From Spizellomyces punctatus DAOM BR117 (lineage: Eukaryota), in the NCBI GenBank assembly GCA_000182565.2, contig KQ257453.1: a stretch of DNA of 64,000 nt; one strand, given 5' to 3'. This document shows positions 13,801 through 26,633 of this stretch, in pieces; position 1 is the stretch's first letter; every line of letters begins with the position of its first letter. Under the pieces are notes generated by a model that made no database searches, was not told the DNA's origin, and saw nothing but the letters and a program-made list of their open reading frames with translations. The translations under genes were made by a program, and so were the position numbers.

Positions 13801-16800
13801 GAGAAAAAGGAGGAGGGTCGCATAGAGATCGAAAGACACATTGTTGAGCTCCTGTATACTGCCGCAAGCCGGTTGGACCGTGCTCGAATGTTTGCAGTGA
13901 AAACGATTTACAAAATGCTGGCTATGTTCCCGTGGCTACTCTGGAATCGTAAAGCTGTTTACCTCATGTTGGATATGGTTCAATGTCTCGATACGAAGTT
14001 CCAACTGGATTTGGATCGCAGGGTAGGAACGACGTGGTTGGATTGATTGTCGCCTTTTATATTCATCCCTTTTTTCAGAAATTGCTTCGGGCAAAGATTG
14101 GAATGGAACTGACATTTCTTAATGACTCCGATATATACGGAGCGTCCAAAGCATTCTCCGATTTCTGTGCCCGCTGGATGACGTTGGCTATACAGCACTC
14201 GTCTAGCGAAACAATGGGCATGCTGCAGGTAACTATTTTCATGGCGCAACTATCTCGTAACGGGCACTCAAGTTTATTATAGGGATACCTAGTGGATCTA
14301 CACACAAACTTTCCGGAGCTCGGATTAGGGGATAAATCAGACTTAATGTTGTTGCTGGGACGCTTTTGCTCCAGCGATGGTATGATCAAAGATGCGCCAA
14401 CGGAGCCCAAGTCGCTTATGAAGAGGTTTTGCTAACTTTCTCGCATCAGATATTATATCCTCCATTATAAGATCTGTCGGCAAGCAGGCGCTGTACTACG
14501 GAGAGGTTCGAGGCATGTTAATGGTCCTGAATCCATCTGGTGAGGGTTTACAATACCACTTCAACTTAGAAATTTAATTTATCTGATAATTGCGATATTA
14601 GGTCCAGGCCGCAGCCAAAAAAATCCCTTTGAGAAAATTTCGAAACATCTCCGCGCCGATCTCCGCGCGGTAGTCACTCACTCCTACGACCCGGACTTCG
14701 CTGTGAAGCTTCATCCTATATTACACAGAGCAGCGGCGCTGGTGCTATTGAATGACCAGGTGCATACGGCCGGCGTCTCAAGAGCAATTATATCACCACT
14801 AACATATTTATAGGGCGAAGATGAAACTTTGGAGCTGATTTGCTGGACTCCCGTGACGGTGTTTACACCGGCCGTCATGGACATGACAATCTCCGTTTGG
14901 GGTTGGCTCATGTTAAGTAGACCAGAATTGGCACCCAGAATTATGGCGCATATGGTAGCGGTATGGGAGACCACTGCATACGAAAGAAAGGGGCTGTACT
15001 CCCCCCATTACAAGTGAGTACCTTATTTCCACCCGGCGTAGATAAGGCAGATAGGACTTCTGACCAGAGTGTTGCCAAAAGATCAGCAAACCCATTCTAC
15101 GCCAAAATGACGTACACGTCTTCAAAAAAGCCAGCAGATGAAGCTCATCGGGTGGTTCACCTCAGTTGGATAAGATTCTTGTTAGATCGCTTCAAGTCCG
15201 CCCGAGTACAAAGCGAAGACCACGTTAAGTTCTACGCCAAACTTTACCAGATTGCCCACGAGCATGCAAGTTCTATCCGGTAAGACGATCTGGTGCGTTA
15301 TAACTGCGGGTTACACTTAAATGAATCGTTTCACAGATTCTCTTGGTACATTCGCGAACCATACTTCTTGTTGTTGACTTTGGGAGCCCAAATTGCTGAA
15401 CATCTAGGAGTGAAAGGCGACCCATCCGCCTATACCATGTGGACCAATGTCCTTGATGATGCTTTGAAATGGTTTGAAGTACCAGCGAGGTAATCAATTG
15501 CCCTGTCTCTCCGGGAATTACGTCGGCGCTAATACGCGTGATATTAAGTTTCGGAACGATTGAAAAGCGCGAGCTGCAAATATTGGTCGATTTCCATGCT
15601 GCAATCAAGGCATTCAGACCCGGTGGACACTCTCCAGCCGTACTGAACGGCGTTGCTGGAAAGTTTATCAGGACAGCATGGCTTACGGCGGCGCCTTCTG
15701 GACGAGGTATACCTGATCACTTTTTGACGGGTTGTAGTAGCAGTGCAATAACCTTCCTCGATCAGTTCATCTTGCAGACGCACAAAATCTTCTACTATTA
15801 CTTCTCGAGAATGAAATCCACCGTCTCGCCACTTGGCTGAATCCTGTAGATGACAAGAAGATGGGTCTCCCAGAACTACCGCAGACCAGCGAGCGTGCGG
15901 TATGATCTTTTCGAATTAAATGTGTCGCTCAAGGACTTGTCTGATCGGCCTCCATTACAGGTCAACTGGCCCTCAATGATTCGCATTGCTTGGAGCATCA
16001 GCCCTCGTATTGCAATTCAGATGGGTAACCGTTTCAGTCACGCTGGAGAACATCTGGACTCATCCTTGGTGGCGTTATGCTACGCATCACCTGCATCGGT
16101 TTTGGATGTTCCAGAGGCCTTGCCGCATATCCTAAAAAATGCTGCAAGTCTGGTGTCTGACCATCAGCTACGGGTAACATGTTTGGTCACCCGATCCTTG
16201 CACTACAAGTATCTAATCAATTTTGTAGTACATTTTGCACTGGACAGCGGTTCCTCCAATAACAGGGGTGTCATTGCTTGGGCAACAGTACAAAATGCAG
16301 CCATGGATATTACAGTATGCCGTTCGAGTCCTTGAGCACTTCCCTGTGGATCATGTTTTCTTCTACATTCCACAAATGGTGCAAGCTCTTCGCTATGATA
16401 CTGTTGGTCAGTGAATTGTTTCTGGTACCGTCTACCACTAAGGCTGACCTTCGTCTATAAAGGCTACATCGAGCACTTCATCCTTTTGGCCGCTAAGACT
16501 TCACAGCATTTTGCGCATCAGATCATTTGGAATATGAATGCCAATATGTACAAGTTCAACAAAGAAGGACAAGCGGATGCGGTACGGATATTTGTGAAGA
16601 GTAAATCTTCTGCTCGTTGGTGTGTTCGAAGCGCTGACCATCCCACGTCTCCACAGCCCGATTCTTTAAAGCCAACTTTGGAACGGGTCCAAAATAAAAT
16701 TATTAACTCGTTGTCAGGGTCTGACAAAGACTTTTATGAACGCGAGTTCCGCTTCTTCACCGAAATCACGGGCATCTCAGGAAAGCTTAAGCCTCTTGTT

Positions 16801-18438
16801 GAAAGCGGAGCTACAAAGGCAGCGAAAAAGGTCTGTGCAGACTTACCCGTACGCAGATTACTTCTTGTCGGCTGGCCGCCGTGAGTAACAATCAGTGTCA
16901 TTAACCAGGTCAAGATTGATGAAGAAATGGCGAAGATTGTTGTAGATGTTGGGGTCTATCTGCCGACGAATCCTGAAAGCATTGTGGTGGATATAGATTA
17001 TAAGTCCGGTAGGCCTCTTCAAAGTCACGCCAAGGTATGTAAATCAGGAGGTGCACCAGATACACTTCGGCTTCATTGATGAGCCATTTTTTTAGGCACC
17101 TTTCATGGCAACTTTCAAAGTCAAGAATGCCGAAGACAACCGCACGGGAAAATCATCAGATGACTCGGTTGTCAAACAAGATACCACGCGATGGATGTCC
17201 TCAATATTCAAAGTCGGCGACGATTGTCGCCAGGACGTTTTGGCTCTGCAACTGATTAGCATATTCAAGAGCATCTTCTCAAAGGCGGGCCTTGATCTTT
17301 ACCTGTTCCCTTATCGAGTTGTGGCCACTGCGCCAGGCGTAAGTTACCTAACTTTTCAGCTCATGGATTACGTTATTGTTCCCCTAACTAGAGAGCTGTT
17401 GCCGATGTAATTATAGTGTGGCGTTATTGAAGTCATACCAAATTCGACTTCTCGTGATATGATGGGCAGGGAACAAGTTAATAGCCTTTACGAGTAAGTT
17501 CCGAAGATCGCACGATTCATACCCAGTCCACTGGAACTAACCACAGTTTAGCTGGTTCATCGCATCCTTTGGCAAAGAAGACTGCGTCAGCTTTCGAAAG
17601 GTATATACCGATTTTCCGCCTTGATATTCGCCCACTTTTATACTCAAATACTTCACCAGGCACAATCTGAGTTCATAAAAAGTTTGGCGGCATATTCTCT
17701 GATTCTGTTCATACTCCAAATCAAAGATCGCCATAATGGAAATATCATGTTTGACAACAGTGGGCACATGGTCCACATTGGTAGGTGTACCATCAACCTT
17801 TGAGGATGTGGATATCCCGGTGGAACATTGATTACTTTGTCAGATTTCGGATTTATGCTGTCGATCGCCCCCGGTGGCGGAATTCTCGAAGCTGCACCCT
17901 TCAAACTGACTACCGAGATGGTGCAAGTTCTCGGAGGTGATGTCAACGCTCCACAGTACCGATTATTTTCCGAGCTTTGTGTGAAGGCGTATCTGGCCTG
18001 CAGGTACTGTAGACTTGTGTGACCATTTGTCTTGCCCACGTTCAGGGGATCATAACATTTTCTCTATGCGTCAGACCATACGCAGAAGAAATTACGCAAA
18101 TGGTCTCATTAATGATGGAATCTGGATTGCCTTGTTTCAAGGGTGCGAGCAATTTGTTCTACATCTATCTCCTCTATCACTGCATCTAAACCCTACTGTC
18201 TTCAGGAGACGTCACAATACGTAAACTGAAGGAGCGTTTCCAACTGGATAAAACTGAGCGACAGGCGGCCGAATTCATGATGACTTGCATTCGTCAGTCG
18301 CACGAGAACACGAGAAGGTATTTAGTAGTAGTGGTTACCAGCCTCGACGAAGTCCATTAACCCCCTTTCAAAACTTTTCTTCCTGCCAGCGGCCTTTATG
18401 ACCGCTTCCAGTACCTGCAAAACGGCATTCCATATTGA
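10830..18438 (+). CDS. STT4: Phosphatidylinositol 4-kinase type III alpha (many exons; start codon approximate)
   Basis: '[14 protein letters not shown]', '[12 protein letters not shown]', '[13 protein letters not shown]', '[16 protein letters not shown]', 'KDRHNGNIM', 'HIDFGF', C-terminus '[13 protein letters not shown]'. Confidence 0.95.
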
Positions 18439-18448
18439 GTGAAAACAA

Positions 18449-19047
18449 TCATTCGTTTGCAGATGGTCGGCCCCGCTTCTCCCCTTCTGTTCTTTTGGCT
18501 GTTTCAGCAGCCATTGCTTCTAATTGTTCTTGAACCACACGCCGCTGGTACCGGCAAAACTCCCTATACGCAAAAGTGACCATAGATATTAAAAATGTAA
18601 TTATAGCGAGATGCTCTTGCATATTAATTCGATCTGCAGGTATATACCATGAAAGCATTGAGATGGCACCAAAAGAAGCAAATCCCCAATTCCCTGCAGA
18701 AAGCAATCGGCCTATCATATCGGGTTAGTGTGCCATTGCGGACAATGATAGGAGCTGCACAGAACCCGTACGCGTAACGAAGAATCGTGTTGTTGCTATT
18801 ATTGTGCCTCCTCCAATGCCATAAAGAAGGGCCTTTCTTGAGCAGGGGACTTTTGCGACATTTTCCAGCTTAAACTCTGCTGCTTTTATCCCCTTTGACA
18901 TTCGAATTCAGCATCCACAATGGAATTTCATACAAGGGACTTTACCTTTGCAACAGTCCAGAGGTCAGGTTTCCTAGGAGCATTACGTGGCTCTTCCAAG
19001 GCCGCGTCTACGGGCTCGAGAGCTTGTTCGTCCTTTCTTAAACTCAT
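18449..19047 (-). CDS. COX20: Cytochrome c oxidase assembly factor COX20-like
   Basis: Spliced product 'KVPCSRKALLYGIGGG..TRFF..AGNWGFASFGAISMLSWEFCRYQR': two TM helices with the conserved PC.R and W..C motifs. Confidence 0.8.
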
Positions 19048-19338
19048 GTTGGCAACCACGACGTTGCAGACTACAAGGATTTTGTTGGGTTTATCGTGCG
19101 AGGTTGACTCACCTTAGTCACGTGCTCGCAGCAGCGCTGCAAATCTGGGTTGGTAGAGCTGTAGAGTATGTGAAAAATCCCACTGTTCCTGCCAGAATTG
19201 GCACACGGCTCAACGGAATAGTGTGTCCTGGCCCAAGTAGACGCTACTACCCGACGAGCCAGTGTTCCGTCGACCTAGGTATCAGACAAGTTTTGCGATA
19301 CCGGACCATATTTTCATATTTGTGAACGTTTACACGGG

Positions 19339-20619
19339 CTATTCTGGATCGGGGTATTCATCAAGTGCAGACTGTCTTGAACTGCGTGCTGCTATCCCTT
19401 TGTCCTCCGCATTCAGGTTTTCCCTAGCTGGAACTGCCTCCGATCGCTTTTTCTCTTCCTACAACAACAAAAATCCTAGCGTTAAATTCTCGCTTTAGCC
19501 GCGGGAATCTCTGTCAACGTACCAAGACCGTCATGGTATCCTCAGCAATCTCTATAACGTTTTCCTTCACAGACTCGTAAGCTGTATGAATTCTTTGCCC
19601 TATCGAGGTTTTGAGAGCCTTGCCACCGACGCTGGATGCCGCACTGACAGCTATGCCAACGCATTCTTTCACTTTGAGAAGGTCCGCCACCTAGAGTAGC
19701 TGTATCAGATGACATAATGGTGCAGAGGCTGTAAAATAAAAGTACCTTCTGCGCTGTGGATGTGACACCCAGCCGCTCATCAAGTCCCTGCACCCTCGTT
19801 GCGATCCCGGACGCAGTATCGGTGATCCCAAATCTCTCTGCCATGTGCGTAAGACCACTCATGACAATGAGTAATGCGATTCGATTCGATGTAGTGTAAC
19901 ATACCATCGATTCGCTCGGCGCGCAGAACTCCTGACGCAAGAAGTTCAGCATATCTTGAGTGGGAAGTGGCCAGTCCACCGGGCGGTACTTCCGATAACA
20001 AGTGGACAGTTATTTTCTTGTCTGTTATAGTAGGCAAAATAATCTTAGCATAGAGTAAGTGATATCAGAGTGTGAGGCGAGTATACCATTTATCAACATG
20101 CCCGATAGCGTTAGAGCCATGCTGCAGTTCGATCACTAGGTCAGGGACTTCCCATGAACCAACAGAAACAAGAGGGAATCGGAACTATACCGAGCGCTTT
20201 CCTCTATTAGGAGGAGACATCACCAAATGTTTGTAAGGCTTCTAATCATGACCTGTGACAGTTACCAACAGGCAGTCCTAGACATTCTTCCCTCACCGTT
20301 TTCAAAAGATATGACGGCCTGGCATGTTCGTCCATTCTCCGACCTGAAACGGAGGGCATTGAAGAGGAGTGAGTACAGTGGAATTAGCTCACTCTCTCCA
20401 TATCAACTCTTTTTACCTGGGAAGTTGGAACTCGGTGTAACGGCCACATATACTGAAGAAATCCCGCACTGATCGTACCGATGGCACGAGTAAGATGCTG
20501 TCCATTTCGCGCAAATGGAACTTCAACAATCTTTTACCTGTCTGTTCTTCAGCGCTGACTGGAATGTCGCATACCAATACGGTTCGAGCAATGTGATCAT
20601 CATCGAGTTCGGATGGCAT
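19339..20619 (-). CDS. RRM-domain protein, Vip1/BPA1-like
   Basis: N-terminal RRM 'RTVLVCDIPVSAEEQTVRDFFSICG' and the later 'ERFGIT...VQGLDERLGVT' repeat, typical of S. pombe Vip1-like proteins. Confidence 0.65.
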
Positions 20620-20766
20620 TTTGTGACAAGTTCACCCAATGCTGACACGCGGGTATGGGGCTTAGTCCCCTTAGTACCACTATAGAATTAAAGCAATATG
20701 GAACATTCTGACAAATATCGATCTTGGAAGCCTCAACTTTCCAGCATTCCGCATTTCATCATCAAC

Positions 20767-21640
20767 ATGGCTGGCGAACATTCAAAAGCATGCTGCGAGC
20801 TTCCGCCGTTTGCTAGCAACTATCAGCCTAAAGGACAAGTATCTACCGTCGGCGATTTGCCCACTTACTTTGTCGGTGAAAAGGGAAAGAGAGCTATTAT
20901 CTTGATATACGATATTTTCGGTTTCCATCCCAAGTAAGACTGTACTGTGAATTTGATGCAAAAAGTGTCCTAATATAGGCGCGGTCTTGGATAGCACACA
21001 CCAGTTTGCAGATGAACTGGCTGCCAAAGGCTTTTTTGTTGCTGAGCCGGACTTTTACCGCGGAAACCCGTGGCCGTTGGAAAAGGTTCCTATTCAGCTC
21101 CCGGAACTAATGGCCCATCTAGAGCAGCACGTCCCTGAAAGTCGTATGCTAGCCGACATTGGATCTGTTTGCCGTTATTTGCGATCCAATGGCGCTGAAA
21201 GTATTGGTACTCTTGGCTTTTGCTGGGGGGCGATCTATGCGATAAGAGCCAACGTTGAAGGGTTGGTAGATGCGTCCGCCGCTGCGCACCCGAGCCGCTT
21301 GACCGTCGAGATTGTGAAGGACGTGAAAGGCCCACTTGCGCTTCTGCCTAGCAAAGATGAACCCGATCTTGTGAGTGTCACCTTGCGAGTCATTTCAGGT
21401 TTAATCAATGTCAATACCTGCGAACTAAATTCAACTATTATCGTACAGATTCCTCTTATGGAAGCCTTAAAGGAAAAACCTTTTGTGGACAAGAATGTTC
21501 ATGTTCGTTTCGATGATATGCACCATGGCTGGTGTGCAGCGCGTAGCGATTACAGCAACCCGGCCAATGCTCGGCGTTCTCGTGAAGCACTGCAGATCAT
21601 GGCACGCTTCTTTGACGAGACTTTACAGGCCAAACTGTAA
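20767..21640 (+). CDS. Dienelactone hydrolase family protein with C-terminal PTS1 (-AKL)
   Basis: 'SKACCELP', 'IYDIFG', 'EPDFYRG', nucleophile 'GFCWGA', 'HPS', 'MHHGWCAAR'; introns at about 20934-20994 and 21370-21448. Confidence 0.9.
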
Positions 21641-21742
21641 GACGCAGGCAAACTAGAGTGAATTCTATATATTCTTCCAACGTAGATTTAAGAATCTATA
21701 GACGTTTGAGCTAAATGTACAATGCATGTAAGTGCCGATTTT

Positions 21743-22989
21743 TCACTTTTCCACCAGCGGGCGTTGCTCGTCCTCGCAATATGACTCGCCATCTGGAGAT
21801 GGCATGAGCAAAAGCCCATATCCTGCAATTATGGCAAGCGAACCAATCACGGTATTCCAGCCGAAATCCACACCTGCTACGAAAAAGTCGAGAGAGCTCA
21901 TTACTGGGATGGTCAACATGATACCAATGGCGGCCATTAGAGGACCACAAAAAGCAATAGCGAGCATGAATGTGGCATTGAACACGAGGCCCAGTGCAGC
22001 TACTACAGCGATAACAGCACACGACCGCAAATCTGGGATTTCAAAAGACTCCCATCCCGTATAATGAAAAAGGAAAATTGGCGGGACCCCAAACAGTAGT
22101 GTCGTGAGTCCAATAAGGGACGTGATGTGTAGTGATAGGAGCATCGAGGGTTGGAAGGGCACCAGGAACTTCTTGTAGAACACCTCGTAGCCGGCCACCC
22201 AAAAAGACGATGATATAGCAAACATATACCCGACCGATTGGGAAGAAGGGTTCTCGGACGATTCCTCTTTGGGATCAGCCCAGGATATTGCAATGATGCC
22301 AGCGACGCATATGAACACGGCGCACAGTCTTGCGCGTCGGATCCGTTCGTTCAACAATAACACCGAAAGCAGATATGTGAAGAAGCAGCTTGAGTTGTAT
22401 ATCTGGGGTTTCGCAGTTCTGATGAGCAAGTAACAAGTGACGGCAGCCCAATTTTCACATACCGCTGTCAGTTCCCCCAGGGCAATGCGTGAGACGCTAA
22501 GGTACCACGAGTAGGCACCGGCGGTAAAGAACGCATTTAAACACAAAGTCCTTCTGATCAGCATCCGATATGTACCCTGACCATCGTTTGCGGGCAAGTC
22601 TTCAGCAACTCTAGTGATACGACCCACATAGTCCTGTGGGGTGTCGTGATATACTATCCGGCAGTACAAGTACTGTAAAGGTAATATGATGACATAACAC
22701 CTGGTAATAACAACTGGCTTAGCGCACTTGTCGTGCTTTATAGGCGATGGAGTATCACAGTGTCGTACCCATGGGCAACGTAAAGAAGGAACCAAGGCTT
22801 ATTAAAGCTCTGAGGTCCTTGAACAATAGAAACTGCTTCCGACTGTGCTACAAAGGCAGCGATGGCAGACAACAAGAGGAGCACACCGCAGGGTGAGATA
22901 TTGGCATTAGAATTACCATATTCACTTAGCCTCCCAACCGCTTGGACTGCCGTGCTATGGCCATTAACGAGTTGAGCAGATGGTGACAT
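21743..22989 (-). CDS. DMT/EamA-superfamily transporter (SLC35F/THI74-like)
   Basis: About 10 hydrophobic helices; 'FNKPWFLLY..H', 'YSWYLSV', 'IYNSSCFFTYLLSVLLLNE', 'GPLMAAIGIMLTIPV...DF'. Confidence 0.8.
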
Positions 22990-23358
22990 GCCCAAATGGC
23001 AAACAGATCTTCTCCCCGATGCGACTCAAATGTCAGCACGTGATGCATGGCATGAACCGGTTCCAATGGCTGGTCACTCGTTGCTCGTGAAGGGGAGCCT
23101 CATCAGGTTGACCGGCATCCATTCGAACGTAAAAGGACGTGATTGCAACACAGTAGACTTGAACGGACCGGCGCAAGCTAGATTGGGTTCGCAAGTCTAC
23201 TTCCAGTGTCGACGGCTGACTGTCAGCGAGGTGCACCAAGGAGATCTTAGAGCATAAATTGCGCCTGATAACGGCGACGCGTGGGGTATAGCAAGGTTCT
23301 GGAGCAACGCCCGCTTGAAGCATGTTGGACCAGCTCCTAAAGCTTTCCTCTCCTTCAG

Positions 23359-24362
23359 ATGAGCGAACACAATTTGAAACCTGGTGACTGGATATGCGAT
23401 AGCTGCCAAACTCATAATTTTGCGAGTCGCACAGCTTGTTTTCGCTGTCACGCACCAAACCGTCTTCCAGCTACCTATGGATCAGCCGCTCCTGTAGCAA
23501 TGAAACCCGGGGATTGGCTCTGTCCAAAACCGGGGTGTAGATTTCAGAACTTTAGCTCACGGCATGAATGTATGCGGTGTGGAACGAAGCGGCCGGGACA
23601 AGTTGGGCAGGGTAGCAGCGCGGGCAGCGGGGGGCTGGGTGGGATGGGGAGGCCCGGCCATGGTGTTTCCACGAAGATACTGCCTGGGGACTGGATTTGT
23701 CCACAGTGCTCCTTAAACAACTTTGCCTCTCGTACAAAATGCATGCAGTGCGGAGCGCCAAATACGGGAGCAACACGTCCTGTCGATCGACCTGGGGACT
23801 GGAGCTGTCCGAACGAGAGTTGTCGATATCACAACTTTAGCAGGTATATATGGTACTTGTTATTTTTTCAGTCATTTGATGAATGCCCATATTAATACCG
23901 CTTTCAGTCGAGTTGAGTGTTACAGGTGCGGAACACCTAAAAGTATGGGTCAAACTCAAGTGAGTGGGGGTGGAATGCAGTTTTCGATGAGACCGGCCAA
24001 TCAGATGAAGCCAGGAGATTGGATTTGCCCTAACGGGTCGTGTGGGTTTCACAACTTCGCAAGGTATGGCAGTAAACAAATGGATGTCGTTCTATAAATG
24101 TGGTTTAGCGTATAATCAAAACAGGTTGTTAACGCATTAACCTCTTAGACGAGAGACCTGCGCCCAATGCGGAACACCGGTCCCCTCTGGAACCGGCCAT
24201 GACATCGCTGCGCAGTCCGCCCCTTTAGCGCCACCGGGAACGACTTACGCTCCATTTCCATCTTACGGACAGTCATTGTTTTCTCAAGGACATGAGTTTG
24301 CTGCGTTGGGCGGGTATGGCACCTATCCACCTGGGACTGAGGGATATAATTATACGTCGTGA
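23359..24362 (+). CDS. Protein with five tandem RanBP2-type zinc fingers (ssRNA-binding type)
   Basis: Five 'PGDWxC-x2/4-C-x3-NF-x2-R-x2-C-x2-C' units; fingers 4 and 5 are split by introns; Y/G/P-rich tail. Confidence 0.88.
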
Positions 24363-24904
24363 GGTAGGACGGACATGTGTGCCTGAAAGTGGAGACGTTC
24401 GCTGGAGAGGGGTTGCTGTAGATCGCGGACAGTATTAAGTATTGCGGTGTCGTCCGTGTGAAGGGCGAGGATATGGTCTTTCGGAGTTTTGTTTTCATGT
24501 TTTGTATAGTTTTTCTTGTGTTTATTTCGTCCGATCAAAAGTACCCTCCCTTGATCATGTCTGATCAAATGTTCTACTGGGCGAGGACTGGAATTTATCA
24601 ATATTGAGTACTGAAAGAGTTTTGCCACCCATGCATGGATATAGAGGATATAGGTAGCTGCCACATGTGGATGCATTCATTGGGTTCGATCGTCCACTGG
24701 GGTCCACGTCAGTTATGGATTGTTCATCGGGGGGCCCAACTGTTTCCAGGTTCACCCGAAGCTCTGGACGCCAAGTGAAAGCACTTGAACACGATGCTCC
24801 ATGGATATGGGGCGTGGAAAGGCATCGCGACCAGGGCGTAATCTTGCAGTTGTGGAAATGAGACGCGACGGGGAGGCTGGAGTCATCGAATTTCGTCGTC
24901 TGTC

Positions 24905-26371
24905 ATGCACGAAGAGAATACTCGTATGAAAGCAAGTCAATATTTCCAGGATATTATCGAATCAATCCACTCGCAAAATGTCCTTGCCCCAGTCGATGAG
25001 GATGCCGCTCGCAAAGTCTTCTTCACAGACCAAGAGTGGATGCTGCCATCCGGACGCCCGATAGCTGCCCTGTCTGCTGCCGCGCTGGGAGCTCTCGCCT
25101 ATTCACTTCAAGCCATATGGAATGTGAGGCGCGGTAGCATGGCAGGGATCGCCAGTGCCCGAGTTTCCCAGCGGGGAGCAGCAATAGCGGTGCGATCTCA
25201 CAACTATTGTCGGATAGTAGACCCTCCGCGGAACCTGAACCCTTGGGATCCTCTGTCGGGTTTATATGAGGCTGCGGATGGGAGACATATCCAGTTGCAT
25301 TGCAATTATTCGCATCACAGAGGTACGGCTCTCAAAGTTTTGGGTGTGGTTGATGTCCCTGATCTGGGAAGGGACAAAGTGAGCGACGCTGTGAGAAAGA
25401 GGGATGCGCTAGAATTGGAAACGCTGATCACTGAGGCGGGCGGCTGTGCGGCAATGGTCAGGACATCTGGAGAGTGGGATTCGCATCCACAGCGGCGTGC
25501 GCTAACTCAACCTCCGCTCGTTACCATTCGAAAGCTTAGGGACACCAAACCGCTTGCGGTTGGGCCTACAAGACCTGGTGCCAGACCACTGCAGGACGTC
25601 AAAGTCCTTGATCTGACCCATGTCCTGGCAGGCCCGACTGCGACAAAGGCGTTAGCGTCCCACGGTGCAAAGGTCCTGAGCGTTTCCTCGCCCAATCACG
25701 AGCAAATTGAAGCCGCGCTGGTCGACACAAACTTTGGAAAGCGGTCAGCGTTCCTCGACTTCAATGATGCAAAAGATTTAGAAAAAATGAAAGACCTGCT
25801 CAAAGAAACGGATATTTTTGTCCAATCCTATCGCCCAGGTGCTTTGGACGCATTCGGGCTCTCTGCAGATGCCCTGGCCGCCATTCGTCCTGGGATTGTG
25901 TACGTCTCAATTAGCGCCTACGGTACCACAGGTCCATGGGCTGGTAAACGTGGATTTGACACACTCGTCCAGTGCGTCTCGGGGATGGCGGACTCTGAAT
26001 CTGACTCTTTTGCAAAACCTAAACATCTTCCGGCGCAGATCTTGGATTATGCGTCCGGATATCTCGCTGCGTTCGGTGCCGTGCTGGCTTTACGTCAACG
26101 GGCGCTCGTCGGTGGCAGCTATAGTGTCGACGTCTCTCTAGCACGGACATGTGAATGGGTACGGAACGCTGGATTAGCGGAGTTCGATATCAGCCAAATC
26201 AAGATGCCAACGGAACAGGATGTGGCAGACTTGCTTTTAACGACCCCCGGAACAGAATATGGTAAAGTGCAGCATGTGAATCATGCTATCGAAATGATCC
26301 CTGAGGAGTTCAGTCCCCGGTTTGAGTTGCCGACGTGTCGCAGGGGAGCACATGCCGCTGAGTGGTGGTAA
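24905..26371 (+). CDS. CoA-transferase family III (CaiB/BaiF), intronless
   Basis: 'PLQDVKVLDLTHVLAGP', 'DTNFGKRS', 'DIFVQSYRPGAL', 'GPWAGKRGFDTLVQCVSG', 'LPAQILDYASGYL'. Confidence 0.93.
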   Translation: MHEENTRMKASQYFQDIIESIHSQNVLAPVDEDAARKVFFTDQEWMLPSGRPIAALSAAALGALAYSLQAIWNVRRGSMAGIASARVSQRGAAIAVRSHNYCRIVDPPRNLNPWDPLSGLYEAADGRHIQLHCNYSHHRGTALKVLGVVDVPDLGRDKVSDAVRKRDALELETLITEAGGCAAMVRTSGEWDSHPQRRALTQPPLVTIRKLRDTKPLAVGPTRPGARPLQDVKVLDLTHVLAGPTATKALASHGAKVLSVSSPNHEQIEAALVDTNFGKRSAFLDFNDAKDLEKMKDLLKETDIFVQSYRPGALDAFGLSADALAAIRPGIVYVSISAYGTTGPWAGKRGFDTLVQCVSGMADSESDSFAKPKHLPAQILDYASGYLAAFGAVLALRQRALVGGSYSVDVSLARTCEWVRNAGLAEFDISQIKMPTEQDVADLLLTTPGTEYGKVQHVNHAIEMIPEEFSPRFELPTCRRGAHAAEWW

Positions 26372-26633
26372 ATGGAATTGAGACATCCAATGCCCCTCAC
26401 GACCGGAACATACCGTCTATTCTGGCCAAAGCATATACAAAAGAAAGACATGAATATATATATACGAATAAAGATCAGTTACAATAGCCAATCGCATCGC
26501 GACCCGTTCATACAACGAAACGATGTAGATACTAAGATTGCGCGCCTAAATGTCTATCCCACAACAGGAAATTGTCCATAGTCTAAATGACAATAAAAGT
26601 TACTATCTTCTACACGCACTGGTTCGTTGAATT

